This document shows positions 17,829 through 26,973 of a stretch of DNA of 64,000 nt, one piece after another. The stretch spans positions 320,001-384,000 of the forward strand of contig CAVSQW010000007.1 of the NCBI GenBank assembly GCA_963730185.1, given 5' to 3'. Numbering within the stretch: position 1 is the stretch's first letter; each line of letters begins with the position of its first letter. The notes beneath the pieces are model-generated. The model was given only the letters and a program-made list of their open reading frames with translations, had not been told where the DNA came from and did not search any database. The DNA comes from an uncultured Gemmatimonadales bacterium. Its GTDB lineage: Bacteria; Gemmatimonadota; Gemmatimonadetes; Gemmatimonadales; GWC2-71-9. The position numbers and the translations under genes are program-made.

Positions 17829-18053
17829 TCACGGAAACAACCGCTCTCCCGTCTCCTCCACCTCCACCCCGATCGCGGCCACCGGGCAGTTCCGCGCCGC
17901 GTCCAGGATCGTGGCCTCGGGCGCGCCGTCGGGATGCCGGGCCTCGGACTGGCGGTTGGCGTTGTGCTCGAACACCGCCGGCGCGATGGTGAGGCAGGTG
18001 CCGTTGCCGACGCAGAGATCATGGTCCACCATCACGCGAAGTCGTCTCGCCAT
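17829..18053 (-). CDS. Single-cluster ferredoxin (3Fe-4S/4Fe-4S type), P450 partner
   Basis: AAGGAGG RBS; VDHDLCVGNGTC...AP.VF...NCPVAAI. Confidence 0.9.
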   Translation of the reverse strand: MARRLRVMVDHDLCVGNGTCLTIAPAVFEHNANRQSEARHPDGAPEATILDAARNCPVAAIGVEVEETGERLFP

Positions 18054-18076
18054 CTGAGCCTCCTTGCCGCTCGCGC

Positions 18077-19297
18077 TTACCAGGCTACCGGCAGCGAGCG
18101 GAGCGATCGGAACTGAATGCTGGGCTGGTACTCCAGCGGTTGGTCGGCGGCGAGCGCCAGGTCGGGGAATCGCTCGGCCAGCGCCCGGAACACTTCCTGA
18201 CCCTCGATCCGGGCCAGCGTGGCGCCAAGGCAGTAGTGGATGCCGGCGCCGAAGGAGACGTGCGGGTTGGGCTGCCGGCCGATGTCGAATCGATCGGGAT
18301 CCTCGAACGCCCGCGGGTCGCGATTGGCGGCCGCCATGATCCAGCGGATCCGGTCGCCCTGCTTGATCAGCTTGCCGCCCAGCTCCGTGTCCTCGGCCGC
18401 GATCCGCTGGGTCGACTTGACCGGCGGATCGTAGCGGAGGCACTCCTCGGTCGCCAGCCGAACCCGGCCCGCTGGATCGGCCACCAGCCGGGCCCACTGC
18501 TCGGGATGGCGAAGGAACGCCAGGGTGCCGTTGCAGATCAGGTTCATCGTCGTCTCGTGCCCGGCGAAGAGCAGCAGCGCCGTGTTGACCAGAACCTGGT
18601 GCCGGTCGAACACACCTCGCTTTTCGCCCTGGGCCAGCACCGAGATGAAGTCGTTGCCGGGCCGGTCGATCCGCTCCTCCACCAGGGGCGAGACGTAGGC
18701 GATCATGCCCCGGATGCCTTCCATCAGGGTCGTCATCCGGTCCGGCTCGCCGCGGTTGATGTAGAGGAGTTTGTCGGCGAGGTCGCGGAGCAGGTCGTGG
18801 TCCTCGATCGGGACGCCCATCATGCGGGTAATGATCCGGACCGGAAGCGGCGCGGCCAGGTCGGTCAGCACGTCCATCCGCCGCCGGTCGGCGATCTCGT
18901 CCAGCAGTCCCGCCACGGCCTCGCGGACGAAGGGCCGCCAGGTCTCCATGGCCGTCGGGGTAAAGTACCCGTGGACCACGCCGCGCATCGCCAGGTGCTC
19001 GGGTCGATCTTGCTCGACCAGCTGGTCGGCCCGGAAGTGGCGCACGTCATCGAAGAGCGGCCGATCCCCCGGGTCGATCGGCGGGTAGGGTGGCCGCTGA
19101 TCGGTCCGGATCACCGCCGACGAGAAGGCCTCGTGGTTCCGGACCATCGCGACCAGGTCGTCGTACCGGGTGATGATCCAGAGTTGATACGCGTCGTTCC
19201 AGTGGACCGGGTCGGTCTCGCGGAGGTGCCCGAAGAAGGGATACGGGTCCGCGATGACCGAGGGTGCGAAGAGATCGTCCAAGTCCAGAGCCGCCAT
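18077..19297 (-). CDS. Cytochrome P450
   Basis: I-helix FAGHETT, ExxR (ECLRYDPP), AANRDP, heme motif FGAGIHYCLG; AAGGAGG RBS. Confidence 0.97.
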   Translation of the reverse strand: MAALDLDDLFAPSVIADPYPFFGHLRETDPVHWNDAYQLWIITRYDDLVAMVRNHEAFSSAVIRTDQRPPYPPIDPGDRPLFDDVRHFRADQLVEQDRPEHLAMRGVVHGYFTPTAMETWRPFVREAVAGLLDEIADRRRMDVLTDLAAPLPVRIITRMMGVPIEDHDLLRDLADKLLYINRGEPDRMTTLMEGIRGMIAYVSPLVEERIDRPGNDFISVLAQGEKRGVFDRHQVLVNTALLLFAGHETTMNLICNGTLAFLRHPEQWARLVADPAGRVRLATEECLRYDPPVKSTQRIAAEDTELGGKLIKQGDRIRWIMAAANRDPRAFEDPDRFDIGRQPNPHVSFGAGIHYCLGATLARIEGQEVFRALAERFPDLALAADQPLEYQPSIQFRSLRSLPVAW

Positions 19298-19308
19298 GGC
19301 TTCCTCCT

Positions 19309-19923
19309 TCAGGAGGCGGGACGGGAGCGACGGCCGTTGCGCGCCGCCCGCGGTGCGAGCACGAAGGTCAGGGTACAGAGCTCGCCCCGGTCGGGCTGTC
19401 GGGAGCGGCCCATCCGGTCGAGCAATTCGCTCAGCAGCTGGTTGACCCGCCGGAGATCGGCCGGGGTGAGCCAGGCGTGACGCCGGGTGGCCCAGAGCGT
19501 CCGCGCCGGCCCGTCCACCACCGCCCGGTGCCCCTCGAGCCCGCGCTGGAAATCCCGCTCGGCGGTCCGGAGCATCGCCGCGACCAGGCGGACGGTCGGA
19601 TCGGTCCGGGCATCCCGGCCGCGGGGATAGTCGAGCTGGAGCGGGTACCCCACCAGGTCGTACACAACCTCGGTTCGCCGCCCCCGCCGCCGCTCGCCCT
19701 GCGGGACCACCAGCCCCACCTTCACCAGTCGGCGAAGGTGGTAGTAGAGGGCGTCGGCCGGCCGGCCCATCAGCCGCGCCAGCTCGGTCACCGACTGAGG
19801 GCCCGCGGCCCCGAGGGTGTCGATGACCTCCTGGCGCACGGCCGAAACCAGGGCCTCGACCTGGTCGCGGCGCCGGATGGCGTAGGGGCGGCGGGCCCGG
19901 GCCCGGGGTGACTTGCTTGACAC
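19309..19923 (-). CDS. Winged-HTH (ArsR-like) transcriptional regulator with C-terminal extension
   Basis: LVSAVRQEVI..L...GPQSVTELA..MGR...ALYYHLRRL..VGLV; start uncertain (GTG 19923). Confidence 0.8.
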   Translation of the reverse strand: MSSKSPRARARRPYAIRRRDQVEALVSAVRQEVIDTLGAAGPQSVTELARLMGRPADALYYHLRRLVKVGLVVPQGERRRGRRTEVVYDLVGYPLQLDYPRGRDARTDPTVRLVAAMLRTAERDFQRGLEGHRAVVDGPARTLWATRRHAWLTPADLRRVNQLLSELLDRMGRSRQPDRGELCTLTFVLAPRAARNGRRSRPAS

Positions 19924-19961
19924 TGTTGAAATATCGCGCAAATCTTCAGCACTGCAAGCAA
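19913..19961. promoter_or_regulatory. Long imperfect inverted repeat over the divergent promoter (putative operator)
   Basis: TTGCTTGACACTGTTGAA ... TTCAGCACTGCAAGCAA; contains TTGACA at 19917-19922. Confidence 0.6.
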
Positions 19962-19963
19962 GG

Positions 19964-21019
19964 ATGATTCCCATGGGTTTCGACGAGCTGATCCGCGCCT
20001 GGTCGGGCGACGAGGTGGTGGTCCGCTATGACCGCGAGGCCGACGCCTGGATGTTCATCGCGCTCCACTCCACCCGGGGCCGGCGCTCCGTGGGCGGGGT
20101 GCGGATGAAGACCTACCCCCGGCCCGAGGACGGACTGCAGGACGCGCTCCGGCTCGCGGAGGGAATGACCTTCAAGTGGGCGGCGATCGAGGTGGACTAC
20201 GGCGGCGGGAAGGCGGTCATCGCCCTCGCCAAGCCGGTCCAGGGCGAGGCGCGCACGGCGCTGATGCGGCGCTTCGGCCGGTTCATGGACTCGGTCAACG
20301 GCCGCTACGGCGCCGGCCCCGACATCGGGACCACGCCCGACGATCTCGCCCTCCTCGCCACCGTCACCCGCTACGTCCACTGCTACGACTGGAAGAAGGG
20401 CGCTCCCTACGATCCGGGGCCGTATACCGCGCTCGGGGCGTTCGTCGGCCTCCAGGCCGGCTGGCGGCACCTGACCGGATCGGACCGACTCGACGGGGTC
20501 CGGGTGCTGGTCCAGGGGGTGGGCGACACCGGCGCGCCGCTGGCCCGGATGCTGACCAAAGCCGGGGCGACGGTGCTGCTCAACGATCTCAATCAGGAGC
20601 GGGTCGGGGTGCTGGCTCGGGAGCTGGGCGCCGAGGTGGTCTCCATGGAGCGGGTGTACGACACCCCCTGCGACGTCTACGCCCCCTGCTCGGTCGGCGC
20701 CACGGTCAACGAGCGGACCATCCCCTCGCTCAGCTGTCGGCTGATCGCCGGGTCGGCCAACAACCAGCTCGCGGTGCCGGAGGACGGCGAGCGGCTTCAC
20801 GCCCGCGGGATCCTCTACGCCCCCGACTACGTGGTGAACGGCGGCGGCGCCGTCTCGTTGGCTCTGGTGGACGACGGGGTCGACTTCCCCGAGGTCGAGG
20901 CGGCGGTCCGCCAGCTCGATGGGCGGATCACGGCGATCTTCGACGAGGCCAAGGCGCGGAACGAGTCGCCCGTCCACGCGGCCCGGCGCCGGGTGGAGGC
21001 CTGGCTGGCCCGAGCCTGA
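19964..21019 (+). CDS. Leu/Phe/Val-type amino acid dehydrogenase
   Basis: IALHST, GGVRM, GMTFK, GGGKAV, GPDIGT, DPGPYTA, QGVGDTG, GSANNQL, YAPDYVVNGGG. Start ATG 19964 or 19973. Confidence 0.9.
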   Translation: MIPMGFDELIRAWSGDEVVVRYDREADAWMFIALHSTRGRRSVGGVRMKTYPRPEDGLQDALRLAEGMTFKWAAIEVDYGGGKAVIALAKPVQGEARTALMRRFGRFMDSVNGRYGAGPDIGTTPDDLALLATVTRYVHCYDWKKGAPYDPGPYTALGAFVGLQAGWRHLTGSDRLDGVRVLVQGVGDTGAPLARMLTKAGATVLLNDLNQERVGVLARELGAEVVSMERVYDTPCDVYAPCSVGATVNERTIPSLSCRLIAGSANNQLAVPEDGERLHARGILYAPDYVVNGGGAVSLALVDDGVDFPEVEAAVRQLDGRITAIFDEAKARNESPVHAARRRVEAWLARA

Positions 21020-21133
21020 AGCCCCGGCGCGCGCCAACGGCGCGCCGGGGGTCGTCGAGAGGGGCGACGGAGCGGCCGCGAGGCCGCCCCGCCGCGGGTC
21101 ATGTCCTGGGGTGGGGCCGCCGGCCCCGAAGGG

Positions 21134-21325
21134 TCAGGGCCGGGACTGCTGGCGGCGGCGACGCCGGCGGGCCTGGGCGGCCTTGAGCTGCTTGGCGGCG
21201 CTGGGCTTGAGGTAGTAGCGCTTCTTCCGGAGCTCCTTGAGGACCCCCGAGCGCTGGACTTTCCGCTTGAACAGCTTGAGGGCCCACTCGAAGCTGTCGT
21301 TCTCGCTTACCGTGACTTCGATCAT
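21134..21325 (-). CDS. rpsU: 30S ribosomal protein S21
   Basis: MIEVTVSENDSFEWALKLFKRKVQRSGVLKELRKKRYYLKPS; GGAGGG RBS. Confidence 0.92.
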   Translation of the reverse strand: MIEVTVSENDSFEWALKLFKRKVQRSGVLKELRKKRYYLKPSAAKQLKAAQARRRRRRQQSRP

Positions 21326-21403
21326 CGGGTCTTCCCTCCGGAACGCGAGCGGCCGGCCCGCCCGTGGCAAACCGGCCGTCGCCGTCGCTGAACGGGGGCC
21401 GGG

Positions 21404-21616
21404 TTACTTGCCCAGGCGGACGACGTTTTGCGCCGCCGGGCCCTTCTGTCCCTGCACCACGTCGAACTCCACTCGCTCACCTTCGGCCAGGGTGCGGAAG
21501 CCGCTGCCCTGAATCGCCGAGTGGTGCACGAAACAGTCCTTCTCACCATTCTCGGGGGTGATGAAGCCAAAGCCCTTCGTCTCGTTGAACCACTTGACCG
21601 TGCCGGTCGTACGCAT
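21404..21616 (-). CDS. cspA: Cold-shock protein
   Basis: [30 protein letters not shown]. Confidence 0.95.
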   Translation of the reverse strand: MRTTGTVKWFNETKGFGFITPENGEKDCFVHHSAIQGSGFRTLAEGERVEFDVVQGQKGPAAQNVVRLGK

Positions 21617-21845
21617 TGCCTGATCTCCATGCTGCTGTAATCGGAGTCCGGATCAATCCCGCACCTGCCGACGACCGGACTCGTCAACAACCTCACGACG
21701 GGGTCTGGTTTCCCGGACTCGGTCCCGACCGGGATCTCGGGCGATCGGGCGAGCAACGAACAGAGGGGCGGCGGTTTGGCCGACCCCCCCCGAGCGGCTC
21801 CCGGAACCTGTTGGCCGATCACGAAAGGGCCAAAATCGCGCCCCC

Positions 21846-21874
21846 AAAGTAATGCCTGGCCCCGATTTAGGCAA
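21846..21874 (-). promoter_or_regulatory. sigma70-type promoter for csp-rpsU
   Basis: Minus strand TTGCCT-N17-TACTTT, about 230 bp upstream of the csp ATG. Confidence 0.6.
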
Positions 21875-21979
21875 AATCGGCGCGGAGCCCGCCTGTCCTC
21901 AAAAGGGGACAGCCGAAGGACCTCGAAAACCGGCCGCGCCAGCTCCGATATATTTGATCCGAAGGAGGTTGATTTTCGC

Positions 21980-22987
21980 GTGTACTCGACCTGCATCTAC
22001 TGCCACAAGCCGCTGGGCGTCAACCAGGTCGTCGAGGAATTTCCGGTCGGCCGGCGGCTGGCCTTCGACTCGGCCAAGGGCCGGCTCTGGGTGGTCTGCC
22101 GATCGTGCGAGCGGTGGAACCTGAGCCCGCTCGACACCCGCTGGGAGGCCATCGAGGCCTGCGAGCGGCTGTTCGAGGCGACCCGACGCCGGGTCACGAC
22201 CGACAACATCGGTCTGGCCCGGCTTCCCGAGGGGCTGGAGCTGGTCCGGATCGGCCAGCCGCTCCGGCCCGAGTTCGCGGCCTGGCGGTATGGCGACCAG
22301 TTCGGCCGGCGGCGGCGGCGGTCGTATCTGGTGGTGGGTGGGGTGGCCGTTGCGGCCGGGGCGGTCTTGATCGGCGCGTCTGCTGCCGGGATCGGGATCG
22401 GCGGGTTCGGCGGACTCTGGGGCAACATTCCCAACCTCATCAACGCGATGCGGGTGGCCCGGATCCGGACTCCCGACGGCCGGGTGCTCAAGGTGCGGGG
22501 CAACTCCCTGGCCCGGGCTCGGCTCGGCCGCGACGGGACCTTTGGGCAGCCGGCCTTCTCGTTCAAGCACAAGGGAAAGCTCGAGCTCTTCCGGGGCGAG
22601 GACGCGCTCGCCGTGGCTGGCCGGTTGCTGCCGGCGATCAACCCGTCCGGCGGGAGCAAGCGGTCGGTGGCCTACGCGGTGCAGTCGATCGACGCCCGGC
22701 GGGGGGCCGAGGGCTACCTCGAGGACTGGCTCCGGAGCCAGCCGGCGGTCGACCGGGCCAAGGCGGTCGCCCGCCAGTCGATCGTCAGCCGGCTGGCGCT
22801 GGAGATGGCCCTGCACGAGGAAGCCGAGCGGCGGGCCATCGAGGGAGAGCTGACCCAGCTGCTCGCGGCCTGGGAGGACGCGGAGCGGATCGCGAAGATT
22901 TCGGACGACCTCCTGATGCCGCCCGAGGTCGACCAGCGGCTGGCCGAGCTCAAGGGACGCCGGGAAGCGGGCGGGGAGCCGACCTGA
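21980..22987 (+). CDS. Uncharacterised CxxC...CxxC Zn-finger / membrane protein (paralog A)
   Basis: AAGGAGG RBS then GTG; CIYC...CRSC; hydrophobic Gly-rich segment; strong similarity to 38585-39592. Confidence 0.85.
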   Translation: MYSTCIYCHKPLGVNQVVEEFPVGRRLAFDSAKGRLWVVCRSCERWNLSPLDTRWEAIEACERLFEATRRRVTTDNIGLARLPEGLELVRIGQPLRPEFAAWRYGDQFGRRRRRSYLVVGGVAVAAGAVLIGASAAGIGIGGFGGLWGNIPNLINAMRVARIRTPDGRVLKVRGNSLARARLGRDGTFGQPAFSFKHKGKLELFRGEDALAVAGRLLPAINPSGGSKRSVAYAVQSIDARRGAEGYLEDWLRSQPAVDRAKAVARQSIVSRLALEMALHEEAERRAIEGELTQLLAAWEDAERIAKISDDLLMPPEVDQRLAELKGRREAGGEPT

Positions 22988-22999
22988 CCCGGCGCCCGG

Positions 23000-23848
23000 T
23001 CAGTCGCTGGCGCGAGGCACCAGGGCAATGGCCTCGGCCATCTCGGCCGCGTTGGGCCAGCGATCCTCGCACCGCTTGGCGAGGGCCCGGCCGATCGCCG
23101 CCGCCAGCCCGGCGGGAACGTTAGGCGCCTGATCGCGCAAGTTCGGGACCGGCGCGGTCTGATGGAGTTGGAGGATCCGAACCTCGTTGGGATGGTAGTA
23201 CGGCGGTTTGCCCGCCAGGCACTCGTACAGCACGCACCCCACCGAATAGAGATCGGCGCGGGGGTCGGGATCGTCGACCGCCATGATCTGTTCCGGACTC
23301 ATGTAGCGCGAGGTGCCGACGGCCACCCCGCTCCGGGTCAGCCGGTCGGTGCCCGAGAGCGCCACCGCTCGGGCGATTCCGAAGTCCAGCAGATAGGCGC
23401 CGTCCCGTCCGATGATGATGTTGTCGGGCTTGACGTCCCGGTGCACGATCCCGAGCGCGTGGGCGTGGGCCAGGGCGCCGAGCAGGTCGCCGGCGATCCG
23501 GAGCGTGTCGTTGACGGTGAGGTGCCCGTACTGACGGAGCACGCTGTCGAGCGACCGGCCCTCGAGGTAGGGCATCACGTAATAGACCAGCCAGTCCTGC
23601 TCGCCGGCGTCCAGGAGCCGCCCGATCTTGGGGTGGCTCAGCTGCTTGACGATCTCGATCTCTCGGAGGAATCGCTCGGCGGTGACCGTGACCGAGAGCT
23701 CGGGCCTGAGGATCTTCAGGGCCACCACCGAGCCATCCGGCCGGGCCGCTCGGAACACCACCGCCGCGCCGCCCCGGCCGATCTCGCGCTCGACCTCGTA
23801 TCGTCCCGCGAGCGCGGTGCGAACCAGGGGGAGGAGATCGCGGGGCAC
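23000..23848 (-). CDS. Ser/Thr protein kinase (kinase domain only)
   Basis: GRGGAA, VALK, ERFLREI, HRDVKPDN, DFG, GTSRYMSPEQ. Confidence 0.92.
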   Translation of the reverse strand: MPRDLLPLVRTALAGRYEVEREIGRGGAAVVFRAARPDGSVVALKILRPELSVTVTAERFLREIEIVKQLSHPKIGRLLDAGEQDWLVYYVMPYLEGRSLDSVLRQYGHLTVNDTLRIAGDLLGALAHAHALGIVHRDVKPDNIIIGRDGAYLLDFGIARAVALSGTDRLTRSGVAVGTSRYMSPEQIMAVDDPDPRADLYSVGCVLYECLAGKPPYYHPNEVRILQLHQTAPVPNLRDQAPNVPAGLAAAIGRALAKRCEDRWPNAAEMAEAIALVPRASD

Positions 23849-23860
23849 GAGGGCGACGCT

Positions 23861-24358
23861 CTAGCGGGCTTTCGGCGTCAGGTAGAACGCCAGCCGTCCG
23901 GCGGCGGCGGCGACGACCGGGGCCTCGATCCCCATCACCCCGCTCTTCGGAAAGTCGATCGCCAGGCGGGTCGGCGAGCCGGTCAGGAGCAGCGAGGCCA
24001 GCTCGCTCATCCACGGCTCGTGGCCCACCAGGGCCACCCGCTCGTCGTCGGGACGGGGACCCACCGCTTCGGCCAGGGCGTCGAGCGCGGGGTCCCGAGC
24101 CAGCGGTGGACAGGTGACCCGCCGCTTCTTGGCGACCCCGGTCTCCTCGGCGAGGATCCCTGCCGTCTGCCAGGCGCGCTTCCAGGGGCTCGAGAGGATC
24201 GCGGCCGGCGCCAACCCCAGCTTCTCGAGTCGCCGGCTCATTCGGGCCTGGACCCGACGGCCCTTGGGAAGCAAGGGCCGGAGGCTGTCGTCGGGAAAAC
24301 GGGACTCGTCGCGCTCGGCGGCGAGGGCATGCCGGACCAGCAGAAGCAGCATTCGCAC
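23861..24358 (-). CDS. sixA: Phosphohistidine phosphatase SixA-like
   Basis: LVRHA, D..RPL...G, SSP..RA.QTA, LVGHEP. Confidence 0.85.
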   Translation of the reverse strand: MRMLLLLVRHALAAERDESRFPDDSLRPLLPKGRRVQARMSRRLEKLGLAPAAILSSPWKRAWQTAGILAEETGVAKKRRVTCPPLARDPALDALAEAVGPRPDDERVALVGHEPWMSELASLLLTGSPTRLAIDFPKSGVMGIEAPVVAAAAGRLAFYLTPKAR

Positions 24359-24600
24359 CGTTCGACTGGAGGAGTGCCCTTAGGATAGTGCGGGAGCCGA
24401 GCCAGAGCCAGCCGAGATCCGTGGGTGGCCCACCGCTTGCCCCTTCAGCGGCGAGACGGCAGGAGTTGCCCGTTTCATGGGGGGCCGAGCGGGGACGGGC
24501 CGCCATGATCCGGCAGGACTTGCCGATCGGCCCGGTCGATGACGGCCGGCCGCCGGCGGGACGATCCCGGGCAGAAGCCCACGAACTCCAGGAGGAGGGG

Positions 24601-24870
24601 ATGGCAAGGTCGGTCGCGCACCGTCGGGTGCAGTGGTGCAATCGCAACGTGGAGTGGACGGCGATCGCCGCGGACGAGGGCGGGGAGCCCACGCCGCGGA
24701 ACACGGTCTGGAGCTACGAGCTGGACGGCATGCACTATTTCGGCTTCGTGTTCGACCCCGCCGAGGCCGAGACGACGACCAGGCAGCGGGCGCTCAACTG
24801 GCTCAACCGCTACCATCTCATCATCCGTCGCGAGCACCTCGCGATCGAGCCGCTCTCGTCGCTGCACTAG
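24601..24870 (+). CDS. Small hypothetical protein (89 aa)
   Basis: GGAGGAGG RBS directly before ATG24601; GC3-rich codons; Trp/Phe-rich globular sequence. Confidence 0.7.
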   Translation: MARSVAHRRVQWCNRNVEWTAIAADEGGEPTPRNTVWSYELDGMHYFGFVFDPAEAETTTRQRALNWLNRYHLIIRREHLAIEPLSSLH

Positions 24871-24938
24871 GTGCGTTCTTCGATTACATTCCCGCCGAAA
24901 AGCGAAGCTCCTCCATCGATTCAACCCGGAGTAGGCCA

Positions 24939-25796
24939 ATGGCCATCATCTGGATGAACGGCGCCTGGGTGGACAAGGCCGCCGCCAAGATCTCGGTGTT
25001 CGACCATGGGCTTCTCTACGGCGACGGGGTGTTCGAGGGAATCAGGGCCTATCGTGGTCGGGTTTTTCGGCTCCCGCCGCACGTCGACCGGCTGTTCGAC
25101 TCGGCCCGGGCCATCGCCCTCAACGTCCCGATGAAGAAGCCCGAGGTGACCGCCTTGATCGAGGAGGGCGTCGCCCAGCTGGGCCTCCAGGAAGCCTACA
25201 TTCGGCCCCTCGTCACCCGCGGCGTCGGTGACTTGGGCATCGATCCCCGGAAGTGCACCGATCCCTCGCTGATCATCATCGTCGACTCGATCAAGATGTG
25301 GGCGCCAGATCGCTACGAGAACGGGCTCAGCGTGATCACGGCGGGAACGCCCATTCCCCATCGCGAGGCGCTCTCGCCGCGGGTCAAGTCGCTGAACTAC
25401 CTGCCGCACGTGCTGGCCAAGCAGGAAGCCAACGTGGCCGGCGCCGACGACGCGCTGATGCTCGACCCGAGCGGTCACGTGTGCGAAGGCACCGGGATGA
25501 ACATCTGGGCCGTGAAGGACGGCGTGCTCAAGACCCCGCCGCCCCACGCCGGCATTCTACTGGGCGTGACCCGGGCCCTCATCTTCGAGCTGGCCCAGGA
25601 GGCGGGGCACTCGGCCGTCGAGGCCATGCTCAACCGGTACGATCTCTACACCGCCGACGAGGTCTTCCTCTGCGGCACCGGCGCCGAGATCGCGCCGGTC
25701 CGCCAGGTGGACGGCCGTCCGGTCGGTGAAGGCAAGCCCGGTCCGATCACCCAGGACCTGATGCGGCGCTTCCGGGCCTTGACGCGCGGAGACTAG
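24939..25796 (+). CDS. ilvE: Branched-chain amino acid aminotransferase (PLP class IV)
   Basis: FDHGLLYGDGVFEGIRAY, YIRPLVTRG, KSLNY, EGTGMN, ILLGVTR, ADEVFLCGTGAE. Confidence 0.95.
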   Translation: MAIIWMNGAWVDKAAAKISVFDHGLLYGDGVFEGIRAYRGRVFRLPPHVDRLFDSARAIALNVPMKKPEVTALIEEGVAQLGLQEAYIRPLVTRGVGDLGIDPRKCTDPSLIIIVDSIKMWAPDRYENGLSVITAGTPIPHREALSPRVKSLNYLPHVLAKQEANVAGADDALMLDPSGHVCEGTGMNIWAVKDGVLKTPPPHAGILLGVTRALIFELAQEAGHSAVEAMLNRYDLYTADEVFLCGTGAEIAPVRQVDGRPVGEGKPGPITQDLMRRFRALTRGD

Positions 25797-25878
25797 GGCA
25801 CCCGAGTGGGCGGGCGGGTGGGCGGGCCCTTGCCCCTCGTCCTTGCCCCCCCTCTCACCCTGTCTCATATTCGATCCC

Positions 25879-26124
25879 ATGGCGTGGCGCATGCTCGAGG
25901 TTGGCGACGAGGTGTGGAACGTCTCGGTCGCGGCGGAGCGCCGGGCGAACTCGGAGCAATGGGCGCTCGTGCTGTCGTTCCGTGGCACCGGGCCGAGCCC
26001 TCGGCGGTTTTGGGCGCCGTACCCGATTCAGGCATCATCCAAGGCTGCCGTCTATACTCAGGCCGAGCGTATCTCCGACCACGATCTGGCGGAGATTCTG
26101 GCCGACCATCTGGGCCGTCTATGA
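25879..26124 (+). CDS. Small hypothetical protein (81 aa)
   Basis: ATG25879 preceded by CATATT-N7; ATGA overlap with the next ORF; protein-like composition. Confidence 0.7.
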   Translation: MAWRMLEVGDEVWNVSVAAERRANSEQWALVLSFRGTGPSPRRFWAPYPIQASSKAAVYTQAERISDHDLAEILADHLGRL

Positions 26125-26381
26125 CCAGGCTGCAAATCCCGGTGCAGGATCTCAGGCGAGTGGCCGCCTCGCTGCAACAGCTGCGCGGCGAGGAGATCGG
26201 CGACTGCGTCATGCGTTCCGACCTGCGCCAGCTCCGGATCGAGCTCAGCGATGGCCGGATGGTTGTCGTGGCCATCGAGGCCGACGAGAGCGGTCGTCCC
26301 CATCTGGCCGTCGACGTGGTGGCGCCCATCGACGAAGTGAGCCGACAGTTGGACGTCGGCTTGGACGCTCGGGTCGAGTGA
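26121..26381 (+). CDS. Small hypothetical protein (86 aa)
   Basis: Translationally coupled on both sides (ATGA, GTGA); alternating beta-strand pattern. Confidence 0.65.
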   Translation: MTRLQIPVQDLRRVAASLQQLRGEEIGDCVMRSDLRQLRIELSDGRMVVVAIEADESGRPHLAVDVVAPIDEVSRQLDVGLDARVE

Positions 26382-26791
26382 GCGGCGACGCGCGCGGGCG
26401 GCTTCGGTTCTCCGACTTCCAGTTGGAACGGACGGCGACCGGACAATGCCGCGCGCGCGTGGCGCTGGCCTGGCCCAGCCACAAGCCCTGCGTCGGCGAA
26501 GCCGCCGGGCTGGCCTCCCAGGCCGGCGAGATGCGGTGCGCCGCCCAGGCCTGCATCCACGCCATCGCGCAGGCCACCGGCGACGCCAAGTTCGAGCTGG
26601 TCGGGGTCAAGGCGGTGCGAGCCTTCGACGCCACCGTGGTCATTGCTTCGCTGGCGACCCAGGGCTCCTTGGACGGACCGCGGGTGGTTGGGTCGTCCCT
26701 GGTGCAGGACGACGTCCCGCGGGGAGCGGCGCTGGCCGTGCTCAATGCGACCAATCGGCTTCTCAGCGGCCGTCCCACCCCCCGTCGATAA
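26378..26791 (+). CDS. Hypothetical protein resembling the LeuA allosteric (dimerisation) domain
   Basis: GTG26378; RVAL...GEAAG...AAQACIHAI...VVGSSLVQDDVPRGAALAVLNATNR pattern. Confidence 0.65.
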   Translation: MSGDARGRLRFSDFQLERTATGQCRARVALAWPSHKPCVGEAAGLASQAGEMRCAAQACIHAIAQATGDAKFELVGVKAVRAFDATVVIASLATQGSLDGPRVVGSSLVQDDVPRGAALAVLNATNRLLSGRPTPRR

Positions 26792-26856
26792 CGCTCCAGC
26801 TGTAAGATCTGCAACGGTTTCGGCCCTCTCGGCATCCCCTGGATCGTGGCTTGCAG

Positions 26857-26885
26857 TTGTCGTCCCCGGATCGGGGGCCTAGCTT
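26857..26885 (+). promoter_or_regulatory. sigma70-type promoter for the mltD-like gene
   Basis: TTGTCG-N17-TAGCTT, about 90 bp upstream of ATG26974. Confidence 0.45.
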
Positions 26886-26973
26886 AATGCGATTCGGCCC
26901 TCGGGCCGATGCTTGTTCCTGGGTCGGGCGTTATCGGTTCGGCCTCGCTTCACGTCAGGATGGACGAGGTCCC

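Noticed and set aside
26792..26973. c-di-AMP (ydaO) riboswitch upstream of the lytic transglycosylase
   Set aside because: Conserved ydaO motifs are absent and the leader is short.
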